Virus record (IMG/VR): IMGVR_UViG_3300030117_006614
Coordinates: 1-56,963 of that record
Length of the DNA stretch: 56,963 bases
Direction: 5' to 3' (one strand)
Source of the DNA: a virus
Lineage: Duplodnaviria > Caudoviricetes
The notes below the pieces were generated by a model. The model was given only the letters and a program-made list of their open reading frames with translations. It did no database searches and was not told the DNA's origin. Positions 55,414 to 56,963 of the stretch are shown one piece after another. Each line of letters opens with the position of its first letter. The first letter of the stretch is position 1. The translations under genes and the position numbers were made by a program.

Positions 55414-56963
55414 TTAGTTGTCAGAGGTGAGTGGTACTACCTTCCCTTGAGGCTTTCTTTTTCCAACAGGGAGCCCCCGATAAACTTCTACTTTTCGTCC
55501 ACCCATGTACGCAGACACGATGGTCGTGTCCGCAAAATCTTTCACTACCATGCGGAACATCATTTCTGGCTTTATGTCCCGACGCCCGGTACGCTCGCAC
55601 CATTCGCGGTACGTCCCATAGAGTGTTTCACAGGGAACCACCTGACCATCCGAAACATCGGAAAGTCTTGGGTACATCGGACCCGGTGGATAATTAGTAA
55701 GAACCGAAGACGTACCCTTGGATGCAATCTCATGGCAAAAGGCATCCAGACTTTCTGCACTGATACCCTGCAAACCTTTCTTAGCTTCAGTAAATATGGG
55801 CCGAGAGATTAGGCCCCAATCCACTTGCATATTGTGTAGATAGTGGGCAAACCCCTGAACCTCTTCGTAAAAGCTAACAGAGAACTTTGAGGTTTTCGGG
55901 TCGAAACATTCTCGCAGCATTTTCCTGTACTCAAAAGAAGCTTTATTCGGAGAGAGGACTGTGAAGCGTCGGTCGTCCTTTTCGATGAGCACCGGGTCAG
56001 GCTTGTTACTGGTCAGCCACCAAGACATTCTATTTATTATTGTAGTCCGAGCAGCATAGGGAGCAGAGCAGTGAACACGGTCATCCGTGATTGCCGCCTT
56101 TACTTCGGCCATCGTGTTTGCCGCACCACGGTTTACTGCAACCTCATCAGCGAGGACGAGTAGTTTTGTAACGTAGTGAGAGTTGAAAGAATCTTTGAGG
56201 GCTTTGTTACTTACAACTGCTGAGTTTCCTTCACCGATAATCGTGGCGAGGATTCTACCGAAAAGACTTTTTCCAATACCCTGCTGGGGAGAGAGCACAA
56301 GGACGGCAACCATCGCACGACGTTCAGGGTGTTGGATTAGGGCAGCGCTCCAATGTAGCAGCCACTTCATCACTTCCCTATCTCCAGCACACAACAAAGA
56401 AATTATCTCCTTCATCCTGGGCGAAGGGCCGGCGCTAACTTCAAGGGTTGGAAAAGCATAAAGATTGAGCATTGGCACATCGTTTAGCTTTACCACTTGG
56501 TCGCGCGTGGACTGGCAATCAAACCCATAAACCTGTCTTGAGAGGATATGGTCTATCAGTGCCATCGCATGAGGTTTTCCGCACTTACCAGTCATCAATC
56601 CAATAAGGTGGTCAGTCAGCGCCTCTTTTCTAATGGGCGAGGAAATCTGCCAAGCACCGTCAGAATGCCGATAGAAAACTCCTTGAGGGGCATTGTAAGC
56701 TATTCTGTCTTCGACATACTTGAGTAGACGTTCTGGAACCTCTTGGAGCCATTCAGCGCGATCGTCAGCGGTTCTTGAGGTTTTGCTTAGTTTCTTTTTC
56801 TTGGCAAGCCACCACTGTTTTCCTTCGTGCGTGTGCCTTTCGCTTGCACACTGAATGAAAGCGCGCCCGTCAGCCAGTACCCGCACAAAGGCACTTCCAG
56901 GCGAAGCGTCGTCTTGGAATGGGCAAGTGCATTTATATTTGCCTTCACCCTTTTCCACCAGAC
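55414..56963 (-). CDS. C-terminal part of primase-helicase (Zn-finger + SF3/NrS-1-like helicase + wHTH)
   Basis: CTCPF...QCASERH, Walker A QGIGKS, FNSH, Walker B LADE, TSN, DDRRF, LYGTYREWC. In frame with 1-771. Confidence 0.9.
   Translation of the reverse strand, partial: LVEKGEGKYKCTCPFQDDASPGSAFVRVLADGRAFIQCASERHTHEGKQWWLAKKKKLSKTSRTADDRAEWLQEVPERLLKYVEDRIAYNAPQGVFYRHSDGAWQISSPIRKEALTDHLIGLMTGKCGKPHAMALIDHILSRQVYGFDCQSTRDQVVKLNDVPMLNLYAFPTLEVSAGPSPRMKEIISLLCAGDREVMKWLLHWSAALIQHPERRAMVAVLVLSPQQGIGKSLFGRILATIIGEGNSAVVSNKALKDSFNSHYVTKLLVLADEVAVNRGAANTMAEVKAAITDDRVHCSAPYAARTTIINRMSWWLTSNKPDPVLIEKDDRRFTVLSPNKASFEYRKMLRECFDPKTSKFSVSFYEEVQGFAHYLHNMQVDWGLISRPIFTEAKKGLQGISAESLDAFCHEIASKGTSSVLTNYPPGPMYPRLSDVSDGQVVPCETLYGTYREWCERTGRRDIKPEMMFRMVVKDFADTTIVSAYMGGRKVEVYRGLPVGKRKPQGKVVPLTSDN
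56863..56963. repeat. Terminal direct repeat (assembly overlap), copy 2
   Basis: Matches 1-101 with one mismatch. Confidence 0.97.

Noticed and set aside
2444-56461. Numerous antisense or overlapping ORFs in the track (e.g. 2511-3110, 10932-11546, 16302-16943, 23966-24598, 29342-29992)
   Set aside because: They lie opposite well-supported genes, have no recognisable motifs, and are expected shadow frames.
1-56963. CRISPR array, tRNA genes, integrase, reverse transcriptase/DGR, PurZ or other base-synthesis genes
   Set aside because: No regularly spaced repeats, cloverleafs or diagnostic motifs were seen. tRNAscan and HMM searches were not run.
1-56963. Stop-codon reassignment
   Set aside because: Hallmark genes are full length under the standard code, and TAA, TAG and TGA all end genes that abut the next start.

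Overview
The window is an apparently complete, circularly assembled ~56.9 kb dsDNA tailed phage genome. Bases 1-101 recur at 56863-56963 with one mismatch, giving a unit length of 56,862 bp. The gene order is podovirus-like, and I see no integrase, RNA polymerase, tRNA or CRISPR array. There are three blocks. (i) A leftward early/accessory block (~9125 to 2417) holds a MoxR-type AAA+ ATPase, a HExxH-metallopeptidase/vWA protein and unknown partners. (ii) A rightward morphogenesis and lysis block (9652-45181) holds terminase, portal, scaffold, major capsid, adaptor, nozzle, fibres, a 2509-aa ejection-type protein and lysis genes. (iii) A leftward replication block (771 across the junction to 45298) holds an AEP primase-helicase, SNF2 helicase, Cas4-like nuclease, HNH, Sak4-like ATPase, SSB, a UDG-PolA fusion, a fused MT-A70 methylase and an SMC-like ATPase. 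The most striking observation is a 9-residue motif, R-h-x-A-A-[RK]-x-A-h (h = hydrophobic). It forms the extreme C-terminus of the scaffold and recurs in at least six otherwise unrelated low-complexity proteins in the head module, suggesting a shared capsid-loading signal. All calls come from reading motifs and synteny by eye; no database searches were run.
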